Origin: a virus
Taxonomy: Duplodnaviria; Caudoviricetes
Direction: 5' to 3' (one strand)
Length of the DNA: 41,501 bases
Virus record (IMG/VR): IMGVR_UViG_3300032330_001524
Coordinates: 1-41,501 of that record
Positions 25,865 through 35,031 of the stretch are shown piece after piece. The notes below the pieces were generated by a model, which was not told the DNA's origin, did not search any database, and worked only from the letters and a program-made list of their open reading frames with translations. The position numbers were made by a program, and so were the translations under genes. Every line of letters starts with the position of its first letter. Positions within the stretch are counted from its first letter, which is position 1.

Positions 25865-27136
25865 TTAGTTAGCCAACCAGGTGAACAGCGCCGGCCCGGT
25901 TGGAATGCCGCTGCTGTCGGTGTTGCCGGTGCGTCCTTCCGTCATATAGCTACCACTACGGGGCGCCTTGGATTTTTGCGCCAATGCAAGGCGCTGTACC
26001 TGACGCGCCGCGGTTTCCCTTGGCATGCTGGCCAAGTCTCGGAGCAAGTCCTTAGAAGGTTTCAAGCCCACCGCTTCGCACAATTTGCGCGCGTTGCGAA
26101 TGGCTTTGGCTTGGCGCCCTTCCATGGAAGGCTTTTTCTTTTCTTCGGGTGGCTCTTCGTCCATTTCGGAGCCTTCGCCGTCTGCTTCTACTGTCTCATC
26201 ATCCATGGCCGATTTTTCTTCGGCTTCCATCGCTGGCTTCTCTTCCTCGCCGTCGTAGGCTTCCTCGGAAGGAACCTCTTCTTCGCCGCCAAGGCTCATG
26301 GCCAGTTGGTCAAGCAGGTCTTTCAATTGCGAAACGATTTCCGTTGTATCCATTTTCGTTGCTCCTGTGGCTTCGGGCAAATCTGTAGAAGTCGGCTTGA
26401 TTTTTGAAAACCTTCCATTTTTGTAATTCTTGGGATCGGGTACCGGTTCCCCCCTACTTGCTTTTGTGCCGGCGTCCTTCATAATGCCTGCAATAAGGAT
26501 CGCAAAGTATTCCCAATCTATCTTGCCTTGCTTTGTTTTTGCGCTCTTGGCGTTGTCAATTGAAGTATGGTATAGCTTCTGCCATTCTTGAACCAATTTC
26601 ATGTCTTCGCTGCTGGCTTCCTCAATTGGCGCTGTTGCTTTTTTCATTTTCTTGCTCTCGCTCAGGCTCTTGGTTGTTGCCGGGTCTGCCACAAGGTCCA
26701 CGTGCCGCACCTCCACAATCTTGGACACGACAAACACCCCGTCCTTGTTTTCTTCGCCCTCGCCTTGGGCGTTGTGAGACATCCCGAATGCGTCTGGCAT
26801 GCGCTCCGCCGCTTCGCAAATTCGTTCCGCCATGGGGTGGGTTTTCAGGTACACTAGGTCCCCGTAAAGGCCTTCGCCCTCCACCCACCGAATGCGAGTA
26901 AGCTTGCCAAATCTGTCGTAGGCGCTGCGCTGTTGGTCCGGTGAGTCCTTCGGGTGGTCAATGTTTACGTGAACGCCTTCATACAATTTCTTCGCCGCTT
27001 GGATTGCCGCGGGAAGGTACTGGCGCCCATTCTCGCTGACAAGGCCCAAGATCTTAACATTGGCAATGGTGCCGGCTTCCCGATTAACTCGGATGCCGCG
27101 ACCACTCAAAACAGATTCGTGTATGGGGCGTCTCAT
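25865..27136 (-). CDS. Prohead protease-scaffold, possible independent in-frame start
   Basis: ATG 27136 (MRRPIHES) starts the protease domain; TATACT lies 8 nt upstream. Confidence 0.6.
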   Translation of the reverse strand: MRRPIHESVLSGRGIRVNREAGTIANVKILGLVSENGRQYLPAAIQAAKKLYEGVHVNIDHPKDSPDQQRSAYDRFGKLTRIRWVEGEGLYGDLVYLKTHPMAERICEAAERMPDAFGMSHNAQGEGEENKDGVFVVSKIVEVRHVDLVADPATTKSLSESKKMKKATAPIEEASSEDMKLVQEWQKLYHTSIDNAKSAKTKQGKIDWEYFAILIAGIMKDAGTKASRGEPVPDPKNYKNGRFSKIKPTSTDLPEATGATKMDTTEIVSQLKDLLDQLAMSLGGEEEVPSEEAYDGEEEKPAMEAEEKSAMDDETVEADGEGSEMDEEPPEEKKKPSMEGRQAKAIRNARKLCEAVGLKPSKDLLRDLASMPRETAARQVQRLALAQKSKAPRSGSYMTEGRTGNTDSSGIPTGPALFTWLAN

Positions 27137-30100
27137 GGGGTTTAAGTATAAACACCGGTGAGGTACTGCGCCAAAAGCTTCGCCCAGCGTGATTCCTGCC
27201 CGGAGTGCTCGGCGTTCCAATCTGACTGCCTCTTCTAGTCGTTTCTTTTCTCCGGCCTTCCGGATTGCTATGTCTAGTTTTAGCTTTAGTTTCTTGGCTC
27301 GTTTCTCTAATTCACTCCGCTGAAAACCAAACGCCTCGTAGCTTTCATACCCTGATTCCTTTTTTCTGCGCGCGAGCTGCGCATCTCGCCAAAAGTCTTG
27401 CCCGCGCTTGACTAGCTCCGCCGGTATTGGTTCGCCGATTTCATACGGGTGGTCGCCGGCCATTATGCCAAACCGTTCCCCCATCTCAACGTTACCAATC
27501 ATCCATTTCCTAGTAGTTGGGCTTGTTCTGCTCACTTCAATAACCGGCGGTGGTTCCATCGCGTCCACTTCCGCCTTGATCTCATCTGTCTCTTTGATTG
27601 CCGCATCAAGCACACTGATTGCCATTTGCATTTTTGCATATGTCTTGGCGGTAGTGGCAATGTTGGCAATGTCTTGGGCCTGCCCGGGAGTGTACCCGAG
27701 CAAACGCGCCGCGGTTTCTAGGCTTACCAGCCTAAGCGTTCCATCGGCGCCTCGAACCTCGAATTTGTGAACAATCAGTCTGCCGGTTTCGTCGCTCACG
27801 TCGGCGCGATCCCAATTGCTTACCTTCTTTGCTACCACGTCATCGGCTGTCTGCACATCTTCGACTTGGTAGGCCCACTCATACGAAACCAGTTCGGCGC
27901 CGGTGTTGCCTTTGATTGCCACCGGGAACACCACCTGCGCGTCGGATTTCAACCGGCCCGCGGGAATGTACTTCGGAAGCTTCTTTGGCTTCGGTTCCGG
28001 TACCGGCTCGGGCTCCGGCGCTGGCTCCGGTTCAACGGTTTCCTGTGGCGCCGGATTATATCCGTAGGCGTCGCCTTCTTCCTCTTCTTCATCCCATCGG
28101 CGTTCATCTTCCGCAGGTTCCGCCGCCGCGGTTTCCGTCGGGAAGTCCCAAGGATCGCCGCCGCGGGCTGCTCCGGCTGGCTCCCAATTGGCTTCGCCTT
28201 CTTCATCTTCCCATCGGCGTTCATCTTCTTCGGGTTCCGGCTGTTCCGCCGCCAGGGGTGGCGCCACCGCGCCGCGGGCGAATGGGTCATCGTCCCACGG
28301 GTCGGGGTCCGGTGTTGCCACCGCGGTGGGCGCCGTCACCCATTCGCCTTCTTCGTCATCCCACACTCGCTCGGGTTCTTCCGCCGGTTGCATCGGTGGT
28401 TCTGCCGGTGCCGGCGCGTCATCGTCCCAATTGAATGGCTCGGTTGAAACAGGAACGACGGGGCGCTCGGGATCAAACGCGTAGTCGGGGTCGCCCTGCA
28501 ATTGGTAGGCTTGATCCGCGTAAAATCTTTCTTTGTCGGGCCTTTCAATGCCACCGGCTTGGTGGCGCATCAAGATATCCCACAAAATCTGGTTGGGATC
28601 GGCTGAGGCTTCGTTTTCGCCTGCCGCTGCTATTTCTGCGTTTCTGTCGCCGAATAGAAGCGCCGACCACTCGAATTCCCGTTGCAAGCTTGGGAGAATT
28701 AAATCCCAATGCGGGAACTTGGCGTAGTCATTCCATGCCGGGCTCTTCCGTGATGGCAAGGGGAGCTGTCTTTTCTTTCCGCCCTTGGTGGCTCCTGTTT
28801 TTTTTGCCTTTGCCACCTTGTCGGCTTGCGCCAAGGTGTTTTTTTCTTCCTTTGGCTTTGAACCTTTGGATATTTCATACGCTGAAAACTGCCTCTTGAA
28901 TTCTTTTACTGCCTCGACTTCCGCGCGGTATTTTTCTAGTTGGAAACTCCACCCTTGTTCTGCCGCTGCTCGTAACGCCGCGGGGTCCACGCCTGCCGCT
29001 ATAGCGTTCACATCAATAATCTTGTCAACCGTCTGCCGCTTGATGATTGCAGCGTATAAAGCATCTCGGCGCTTAACTGTGCCCAGTCCCGAATCCGGAA
29101 GGGTTGCAAAATCAATCCCGACGTGAAGCGCCACCTTGGCAAGCTGCTCGCCGCTGAGTTCGCTTAGGCCATTAAACAGTTTGATATTCTTGACGCCCTT
29201 GCCGAATGCCGCTTGGGCCAAGGTCACGATTTCGCCGTACCTGTCCATCTCTACATCGTCGGCGCCGTCTGGCATCGGTTCTGCTTCGTCCCGTACCACG
29301 TTTACTTCCGGGGGCGGTGGCGCTGTTGCCTGTGGGCCTGCCGGCGTCATTACGTCAAGCGCGTTCCGGAACTTTTCGGCTTGGCGCCGGAGCTTCTTTT
29401 CAAGGCCTTCCACCTGATCCGCCACGCCGCGGGCTTCCTTGCGAATGGTTCTATGATCCGCGGGCAAACCCGCCGCGCGCCGCAGTACCTCGGCTTGGTT
29501 GTCGCGCCATAGGTTCAATGCCGCGGTTCTGATTCCGCGGTTTAACTTGGGGTCCTCGGATTCATCAAACACGCGGAAGATTATGCCGTCAACAATCCAT
29601 GCCCGGTTTTTGCCTTCGTCGCCGGCGGGGTAACGTGTCGGCGCTGGGCCTTCCATCTCGCGAGTCTGGCGCCATATGTCCTCGGCTTGGTCTGCCTGTT
29701 GTTGCAAGAGCGCCTGAACTTCCTTGCCCACCTGAATACGCCACGTTGCCGCGGCTATCTGTTCGTATTCTCTTACTTTGGCGGGCTTCAATCCTAGCGC
29801 TTGCGCCGCTTCCGCCGGCGTTGCCAATACAGAGCGGGTGCCGTCGGGCGATGTCGTCAATGTGGTCTTGGGCTCGGCAAACAGGTCCCTTGGCGTGAAC
29901 TTGTCGATGGCCACCAATTGTTCCCAAACGCCCTTGATGGTCTCAATGTTGTTGCCGGCCAATTTGCCGCCAAGTCCAAATACCGGGCGGTAAACCTCAT
30001 GCGATATCGTCGCCCCGGTGGGGCCTTCCAGCTTGTACGAAAACTTGATCGGCTGCCCGTAGCTGGGCACTTGTTGCAACGGGTCGGCCTTGACTGCCTC

Positions 30101-31531
30101 GCCGCGGAAAGCTTCGCCCTTGCCTGCCTCGCGGCTGAACTTCGCCTGCTCGGCGTCAATCCTGTCTTGCTCCACCGGCGCCGGTAGTGGCAAGGGCTCC
30201 GGCGCTTCCGGTGTTGGGCTGTCCGGTGCCGTGTACGGGTGAGGCGCCGGCGGGGTGAGGTCTTGCACCGGTAGCGGTTCGCCTCCGTCTTCCGCGGTGA
30301 GATAGCCAAACCGTTGTACCTGCCGAGCCAGTCGTTCACGCTCCGCCAAGACTTCCGCCACCCGGTTCATCCGGGCTTCACGCCGCGCCGGTGTCTCGGC
30401 TATCAGGCGCTCCAATTGCAGAAGCTGCCCGGTGGCGGGGTCGATGAAGTGAGCCCACGTCGGCGCCTGCCCGGCTGGAAGGCCTGCTGTGATTGCCGAT
30501 AGGCGCCGCGCCCCGACTGCCCACCGGCGCTCTTGGTCACTGGCGTTGGCAAACCAATCCGAATAGACGTTTGGATCTTGGACTAATTTGTGATCATTAT
30601 CGGTGAACAGGGCCCGCGCCGCGGGGTTGTTTTCGATGTCGGGGTCCACGTCCAATACCGGCGTAAGATAGCACCGGCAATTGTGGGCGACGGTTCCATC
30701 TTCTTCAAGCGGGGGCCGCGGCATATGCGTTGTAGATTGTTGCCCCGGCTTGGGCCGCACATAGTACACCGTCCCGTTCCTTGCCGCGTGATGGGGCCTG
30801 ACGCGCCAGTCCATGGTTGCGTGAATCTGGTAGCCTGCCACCAAGTCCCCAAGGCCGCTGTAGCAATCCATCCGCGCTTCATGCGCCACGCGCATTCCCT
30901 CAGTTCTTGCCACTCGCCGCGCCGATGTTCTGACACCCTGCACCGCGGGCAGCATAGTCCGCGCCATGGCTTGGATTGTTTGGCCCTGGCTGATTCCTTG
31001 GATCACGATGTTGGCAAGCTGCTCCGGTGGCGCCAAGGCGCTTTGGGCCGCGATGCGGGCCTGCCAGGTCAGGCCGTTGGTTGGACGGGCAATGATTGCG
31101 GTGGTTTCGTCATGGTCAAGCGCCGGGAACAATTGCGCCTCGACTTGGGCCCGTTGTTCCGGATTAAGGCGCCGGGCTTCGGTGAGGTCAGGCCTTGCCG
31201 GCGCCGCCAGGGTCAGGGCGGTGGCGATGACTGCCCGCGGGGCTTCCGCCAGTACTTCCTCACGCGCCGCGGTGTGGGCCCGTTTGGCAATCTGCCGGAG
31301 GCCCGCATCCAGCCCCTTAACGGTGAGCGTTTGAATCTCCCGCAGGATTGAACCCAACTGGGTGCGCGCATCCACGGGAAGGGGCTTCAATGCGATCAGG
31401 CGCAAGGCGCGCTTCCATAGTCGCACTACCTTGGCGTCAATGCCGTCGGCCACCGCGTCGGCATGCGCCAGGGTGCGCGCCTGATTGACGCCCACCCGTG
31501 CCGCCATGCGTGAATTGAATACACTGCCCAC
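25865..31531 (-). CDS. Head polyprotein: MuF (Mu gpF/SPP1 gp7-like) + cargo region + prohead protease + scaffold
   Basis: ARRVARTE...DWRVRPHH..RNG...PP...NCRC (MuF); NGRQY...IDHP...GMSHNAQG...VDLVADPA (T4 gp21-like protease); acidic helical C-terminus. Confidence 0.85.
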   Translation of the reverse strand: MGSVFNSRMAARVGVNQARTLAHADAVADGIDAKVVRLWKRALRLIALKPLPVDARTQLGSILREIQTLTVKGLDAGLRQIAKRAHTAAREEVLAEAPRAVIATALTLAAPARPDLTEARRLNPEQRAQVEAQLFPALDHDETTAIIARPTNGLTWQARIAAQSALAPPEQLANIVIQGISQGQTIQAMARTMLPAVQGVRTSARRVARTEGMRVAHEARMDCYSGLGDLVAGYQIHATMDWRVRPHHAARNGTVYYVRPKPGQQSTTHMPRPPLEEDGTVAHNCRCYLTPVLDVDPDIENNPAARALFTDNDHKLVQDPNVYSDWFANASDQERRWAVGARRLSAITAGLPAGQAPTWAHFIDPATGQLLQLERLIAETPARREARMNRVAEVLAERERLARQVQRFGYLTAEDGGEPLPVQDLTPPAPHPYTAPDSPTPEAPEPLPLPAPVEQDRIDAEQAKFSREAGKGEAFRGEAVKADPLQQVPSYGQPIKFSYKLEGPTGATISHEVYRPVFGLGGKLAGNNIETIKGVWEQLVAIDKFTPRDLFAEPKTTLTTSPDGTRSVLATPAEAAQALGLKPAKVREYEQIAAATWRIQVGKEVQALLQQQADQAEDIWRQTREMEGPAPTRYPAGDEGKNRAWIVDGIIFRVFDESEDPKLNRGIRTAALNLWRDNQAEVLRRAAGLPADHRTIRKEARGVADQVEGLEKKLRRQAEKFRNALDVMTPAGPQATAPPPPEVNVVRDEAEPMPDGADDVEMDRYGEIVTLAQAAFGKGVKNIKLFNGLSELSGEQLAKVALHVGIDFATLPDSGLGTVKRRDALYAAIIKRQTVDKIIDVNAIAAGVDPAALRAAAEQGWSFQLEKYRAEVEAVKEFKRQFSAYEISKGSKPKEEKNTLAQADKVAKAKKTGATKGGKKRQLPLPSRKSPAWNDYAKFPHWDLILPSLQREFEWSALLFGDRNAEIAAAGENEASADPNQILWDILMRHQAGGIERPDKERFYADQAYQLQGDPDYAFDPERPVVPVSTEPFNWDDDAPAPAEPPMQPAEEPERVWDDEEGEWVTAPTAVATPDPDPWDDDPFARGAVAPPLAAEQPEPEEDERRWEDEEGEANWEPAGAARGGDPWDFPTETAAAEPAEDERRWDEEEEEGDAYGYNPAPQETVEPEPAPEPEPVPEPKPKKLPKYIPAGRLKSDAQVVFPVAIKGNTGAELVSYEWAYQVEDVQTADDVVAKKVSNWDRADVSDETGRLIVHKFEVRGADGTLRLVSLETAARLLGYTPGQAQDIANIATTAKTYAKMQMAISVLDAAIKETDEIKAEVDAMEPPPVIEVSRTSPTTRKWMIGNVEMGERFGIMAGDHPYEIGEPIPAELVKRGQDFWRDAQLARRKKESGYESYEAFGFQRSELEKRAKKLKLKLDIAIRKAGEKKRLEEAVRLERRALRAGITLGEAFGAVPHRCLYLNPMRRPIHESVLSGRGIRVNREAGTIANVKILGLVSENGRQYLPAAIQAAKKLYEGVHVNIDHPKDSPDQQRSAYDRFGKLTRIRWVEGEGLYGDLVYLKTHPMAERICEAAERMPDAFGMSHNAQGEGEENKDGVFVVSKIVEVRHVDLVADPATTKSLSESKKMKKATAPIEEASSEDMKLVQEWQKLYHTSIDNAKSAKTKQGKIDWEYFAILIAGIMKDAGTKASRGEPVPDPKNYKNGRFSKIKPTSTDLPEATGATKMDTTEIVSQLKDLLDQLAMSLGGEEEVPSEEAYDGEEEKPAMEAEEKSAMDDETVEADGEGSEMDEEPPEEKKKPSMEGRQAKAIRNARKLCEAVGLKPSKDLLRDLASMPRETAARQVQRLALAQKSKAPRSGSYMTEGRTGNTDSSGIPTGPALFTWLAN
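27145..27174 (-). promoter_or_regulatory. Possible internal promoter for a near-leaderless protease transcript
   Basis: TTGGCG, 18 bp, TATACT, 8 nt, ATG; no SD present. Confidence 0.4.
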
Positions 31532-31534
31532 CGG

Positions 31535-33151
31535 TTAAACCTTCCACCGCGGGCGCTTGCCTTCCGGCATTGGTGGCGCCGTTGGTGGCAAGTCTTCATC
31601 GGGTCCGAGGCTTGCCGGGTCCGTCGGGAGGGCGCCGGCTGCTCCGGATTCCTGCTGGTATTCCTGCTGGTTGGCAAGCTCGGTTTCCCAATCAAGGCCC
31701 AATTCGTGGGCGATGGTGGGCACCGACTTTACCCCCATGGTGGCGTAGATCTGGTTGGCGCTTGCTTCGGCGTTTTTGTCGCGGGTTTCAAGGCTCGGCG
31801 GTGTTGCCGATAGGTCGATCAGTTCGCAGATGTTGCCGGGAAGGCGCCCCGCCATGGCCGCGTTTTTAATGGCCGCGTGAACGACTCGCAGGAAGGGCCG
31901 CTTGTAAAAGCTTTGCAGGCGGAGGCAATTTCTTAAGAACGGGCTCTCCGCGGTAAGGCTGCTGGAATAATTGTTGTTTGATGCGTCGGCACTGACAAGC
32001 CATTCCGGCGCGTTATGACGGTTGCCGGCGCTTCTTAACAGGCTCTGGAATATCTCGAGGTGTGCGGTTGAATTCGCCGCCCCGGGTGGCGTTACGTAGT
32101 TCATCCCCTTCGGTATGTCGAGGAAGCTTCCCGACTGTAACGTCTGGTAGTCGGTTTCCTTCTGCGTCACCGTTGAATATGTGCTGTAGTCTGTCATGCC
32201 GGCATTGAACGTCTCCACCTGTCCCACGGTGTTGTTGTCGTGCTGTCTGATTCCCGCGATGGCCGCTTGTACCGCAGCGCCTTCGCCAAGGTTCTGCCGG
32301 AGCTTTGCCGCCACCATGAAGGCGTCCAGGGTTTCATAGCTGAAGTCGGATAGCCCGCGCTTGATGGCTCTCTTCACATTGCACTTGATGTGTACCACGT
32401 CTTCGCTGGGCACCTCTTCGCCGATGCCGTCTTTTGCATCCTCTTTGCCACCGGGTGCCAAATAGTGCACATAGTAGGCCCGCACGTTAAATACGTCGTC
32501 CAAGTCTGTTTTGATTCCGTAGGCCCAGTCTGCCAATTCGTGCCCCGGCGGTTGGAATATCTGCTCCGGTTCGATTGTGCGGATGTTGAGCTTGCCGTTC
32601 TCCTGAAAGAACATCCGGATGAAGGCTTCGCCATCCTCGCGGCTTCGCTGGAATATCTCCTGCTCCATTTCCGACCATGCGTTCCGCTCGCAGAATTCGT
32701 CGATGATGCGCTGCACCCGATCCATGGTGGCTTGGTCAATGTCTACACCCTTCCGCGGTTGGGCCTTGTACGTGTAGCCGGTGCCGATCACATACGACGT
32801 GAGGCCGTTCAGCAGGCCTTGCGCGTTGGGGTTCATCGTGGTGAGCATCCGGGCTTGAGCTCGAATCAGGCTAAGTTGCTGCTCCGAATACCAGAAGGGG
32901 AAGTTGCTACCGTACCTCCTGTCGGTGGGCTGACTTATCGGGTAGGCTAGCGTTCCACCGTCGCGATACCGGGCCAGGATGTCCGAATATGCGGTAAGCC
33001 AATAATCGGAGCCAGCGTAGCTTTCCTGTAATGTCTTGGCGCGCTTAAGCCGGCTGATCTTAAGCTCTTCCTCGAGGTTCTCGCGTATCTGGCGGGGGCT
33101 TGATGCCGCGGGTTGTGGCTGTCTGCCGGTGATGCGTTCCCAAAGTGTCAT
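31535..33151 (-). CDS. Portal protein (lambda-like family)
   Basis: Follows TerL; DGEAFI...IEPEQI...VVHIK...RGLSD...NNNYSS. Confidence 0.9.
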   Translation of the reverse strand: MTLWERITGRQPQPAASSPRQIRENLEEELKISRLKRAKTLQESYAGSDYWLTAYSDILARYRDGGTLAYPISQPTDRRYGSNFPFWYSEQQLSLIRAQARMLTTMNPNAQGLLNGLTSYVIGTGYTYKAQPRKGVDIDQATMDRVQRIIDEFCERNAWSEMEQEIFQRSREDGEAFIRMFFQENGKLNIRTIEPEQIFQPPGHELADWAYGIKTDLDDVFNVRAYYVHYLAPGGKEDAKDGIGEEVPSEDVVHIKCNVKRAIKRGLSDFSYETLDAFMVAAKLRQNLGEGAAVQAAIAGIRQHDNNTVGQVETFNAGMTDYSTYSTVTQKETDYQTLQSGSFLDIPKGMNYVTPPGAANSTAHLEIFQSLLRSAGNRHNAPEWLVSADASNNNYSSSLTAESPFLRNCLRLQSFYKRPFLRVVHAAIKNAAMAGRLPGNICELIDLSATPPSLETRDKNAEASANQIYATMGVKSVPTIAHELGLDWETELANQQEYQQESGAAGALPTDPASLGPDEDLPPTAPPMPEGKRPRWKV

Positions 33152-34647
33152 GCGCGTAACCTCCGCACCGGCGCCGCCGTCCGCCTGCCGTTGAATTGTT
33201 CGATCATAACACGAAGCGCCATTTCCAAGCTATCGGGCCCGTCGTCATGGTCCGCGGTGGGGAAGTCTCGCAATTGGTCCACCAGTAGCTTCGTGCCGGG
33301 GCTTGCCGACTTGAACCTTATGGTGCCTTGCCCGAGGTAGGGGCCAAGGCGCCGAATGCGAACAAGCTTGTTTACCGAATTGTGCAAGGGCACTACCGGT
33401 ATGGGCATGCCCGCGGCTCGGGCCCGTTCCGATAGCTGCACCGCCAAGAGCTCTTGGAACTGGTTGGCTTCGACCACCACCGCGGTGGCGCAGAAGTTCC
33501 GTTGGTGCTCTAGCGTTGCGTCGATGATTGCTTCGGAAGTCCGGCGCGCCAGATCTGCTTCCACGTATAGGGTGCCGTCGCGATCTCGCCCAAGCATCAC
33601 GATTGCTGAATAGTCTCCCTGCCTGCCGTCGCGCCCCTTGGACGGGTCCACCGCTATGGTGCGTGCCGTGATGGTGTTCGGCCAATGGTCAAACCAGATT
33701 GCCTTCCCAAAATACTCCTCGGGCCACTCGGTACCGCCGCCGCTTCGGGGCTGTTGTTGGTACAAGGCGCTCCACTGGTAGTCGCCGATGGAAGCTTTCA
33801 TCCGCTCTAAATCGGGAAGGTCAAACCGTTCCGGCCAAAGAGCCTGCCCGTGGGTCCGCTTGTCGTAGGCCGCGGGTTCCGGCGGCGCAATAGCCGGAAG
33901 GTTGATTAGGTCCCACTGGTCGGCGCCGGCTTCCGCTTGCGCCAAGGCTAGCAGTTTCCCCGCCAGGTCCTCGGTGTGCCACCGGGTCATAACTACCAGG
34001 ATTCGCGCATCGGCTTCCTGCCGGGTCGATAGCGTGCTCGTGTACCAGTCCCACGTACTCTGTCGATAAGAAGCGCTGTCGGCCTCTTCCCTGTTTTTCA
34101 CCGGGTCATCGACAATAAGCCAGCTTCCACCCATGCCGGTGATACCGCCGCCGACACCGGCGCTTCGGTATACGCCCCGCCGGCCCACAATCTCAAACAG
34201 GTCAGAATTCCGGAGCCAGCTTCCTGATACGGTTCGGTTGCCGCCGTCGTTGAGTCTGGTCTCGGGAAACAACCGTTGGTAAGCCGGGGTGTCCATCACG
34301 CGCTGAACGTCTCGGTTGTTCCGGCTTGCAAGGTCCGCGCTGTAGCTCGCCGCGATGATTGAAGCGTCTGGATTGATCCCGAGAAGGAAGGCGGGAAGGC
34401 GCCGGCTGATCAACTCCGACTTCCCGTGCCGGGGCGGTAGGCTGACGATAAGGCGCCGGGCCTGCCCGGTAATCATGCCGGCGATGCGCTCTCCAATGAG
34501 ATGGTGGTACCATGCCGGCTGATATTCCGGCATAGTGTACTGGGCGAAGCTAACCAGGTTCCGCCGGGCCTGCCTCCGGCGCAGTAGCTCCGCCGCCGCT
34601 GCCGGTGGCGCCACCGGCGCGGGCTGCGATCCTGGCGAGCTGCTCAT
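33148..34647 (-). CDS. terL: Terminase large subunit
   Basis: Walker A LPPRHGKS, Walker B LIVDDP, MTRWH, nuclease IAVDPS...HDDGPD. True start may be GTG 34614. Confidence 0.95.
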   Translation of the reverse strand: MSSSPGSQPAPVAPPAAAAELLRRRQARRNLVSFAQYTMPEYQPAWYHHLIGERIAGMITGQARRLIVSLPPRHGKSELISRRLPAFLLGINPDASIIAASYSADLASRNNRDVQRVMDTPAYQRLFPETRLNDGGNRTVSGSWLRNSDLFEIVGRRGVYRSAGVGGGITGMGGSWLIVDDPVKNREEADSASYRQSTWDWYTSTLSTRQEADARILVVMTRWHTEDLAGKLLALAQAEAGADQWDLINLPAIAPPEPAAYDKRTHGQALWPERFDLPDLERMKASIGDYQWSALYQQQPRSGGGTEWPEEYFGKAIWFDHWPNTITARTIAVDPSKGRDGRQGDYSAIVMLGRDRDGTLYVEADLARRTSEAIIDATLEHQRNFCATAVVVEANQFQELLAVQLSERARAAGMPIPVVPLHNSVNKLVRIRRLGPYLGQGTIRFKSASPGTKLLVDQLRDFPTADHDDGPDSLEMALRVMIEQFNGRRTAAPVRRLRA

Positions 34648-34984
34648 CGGTTAGTTCCTCCGCGGGTTGCGATATCGTCACCCGGGTCTCTTGCTGTATT
34701 TCCTGCCGATCCACGTAGCCGCGCTTTCGGCCAATGGTACGCAAGGCAAATTGAATCGCCCACGGCTGCTCCGTCACCACCGCCTTGTTGAATGCGCTCT
34801 CGGCGTTGTCAACGATTGACTCGCGGAAGTCTTTTGTAAGTTGCAATAACCGCGGGTGCCTTTCAACAAACCGCCAAAGCCCGTCGCGGGTGGCGCCAAG
34901 TCTGCGCGCCGCCGCCGCTATGTTGCCAGTGCAAGCCGTCAAGGCTGCAAAGACTTCATTCTGCTTTAGTCGCGGACCACCCAT
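34550..34984 (-). CDS. terS: Terminase small subunit (HTH)
   Basis: GNIAAAARRLG HTH; AIQFALRTIGRKRGY; immediately upstream of terL. Confidence 0.75.
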   Translation of the reverse strand: MGGPRLKQNEVFAALTACTGNIAAAARRLGATRDGLWRFVERHPRLLQLTKDFRESIVDNAESAFNKAVVTEQPWAIQFALRTIGRKRGYVDRQEIQQETRVTISQPAEELTDEQLARIAARAGGATGSGGGATAPEAGPAEPG

Positions 34985-35031
34985 CTTGCCCCTTCTGTGC
35001 TACTTTTGATTATTACAACAACCCAAACAGC

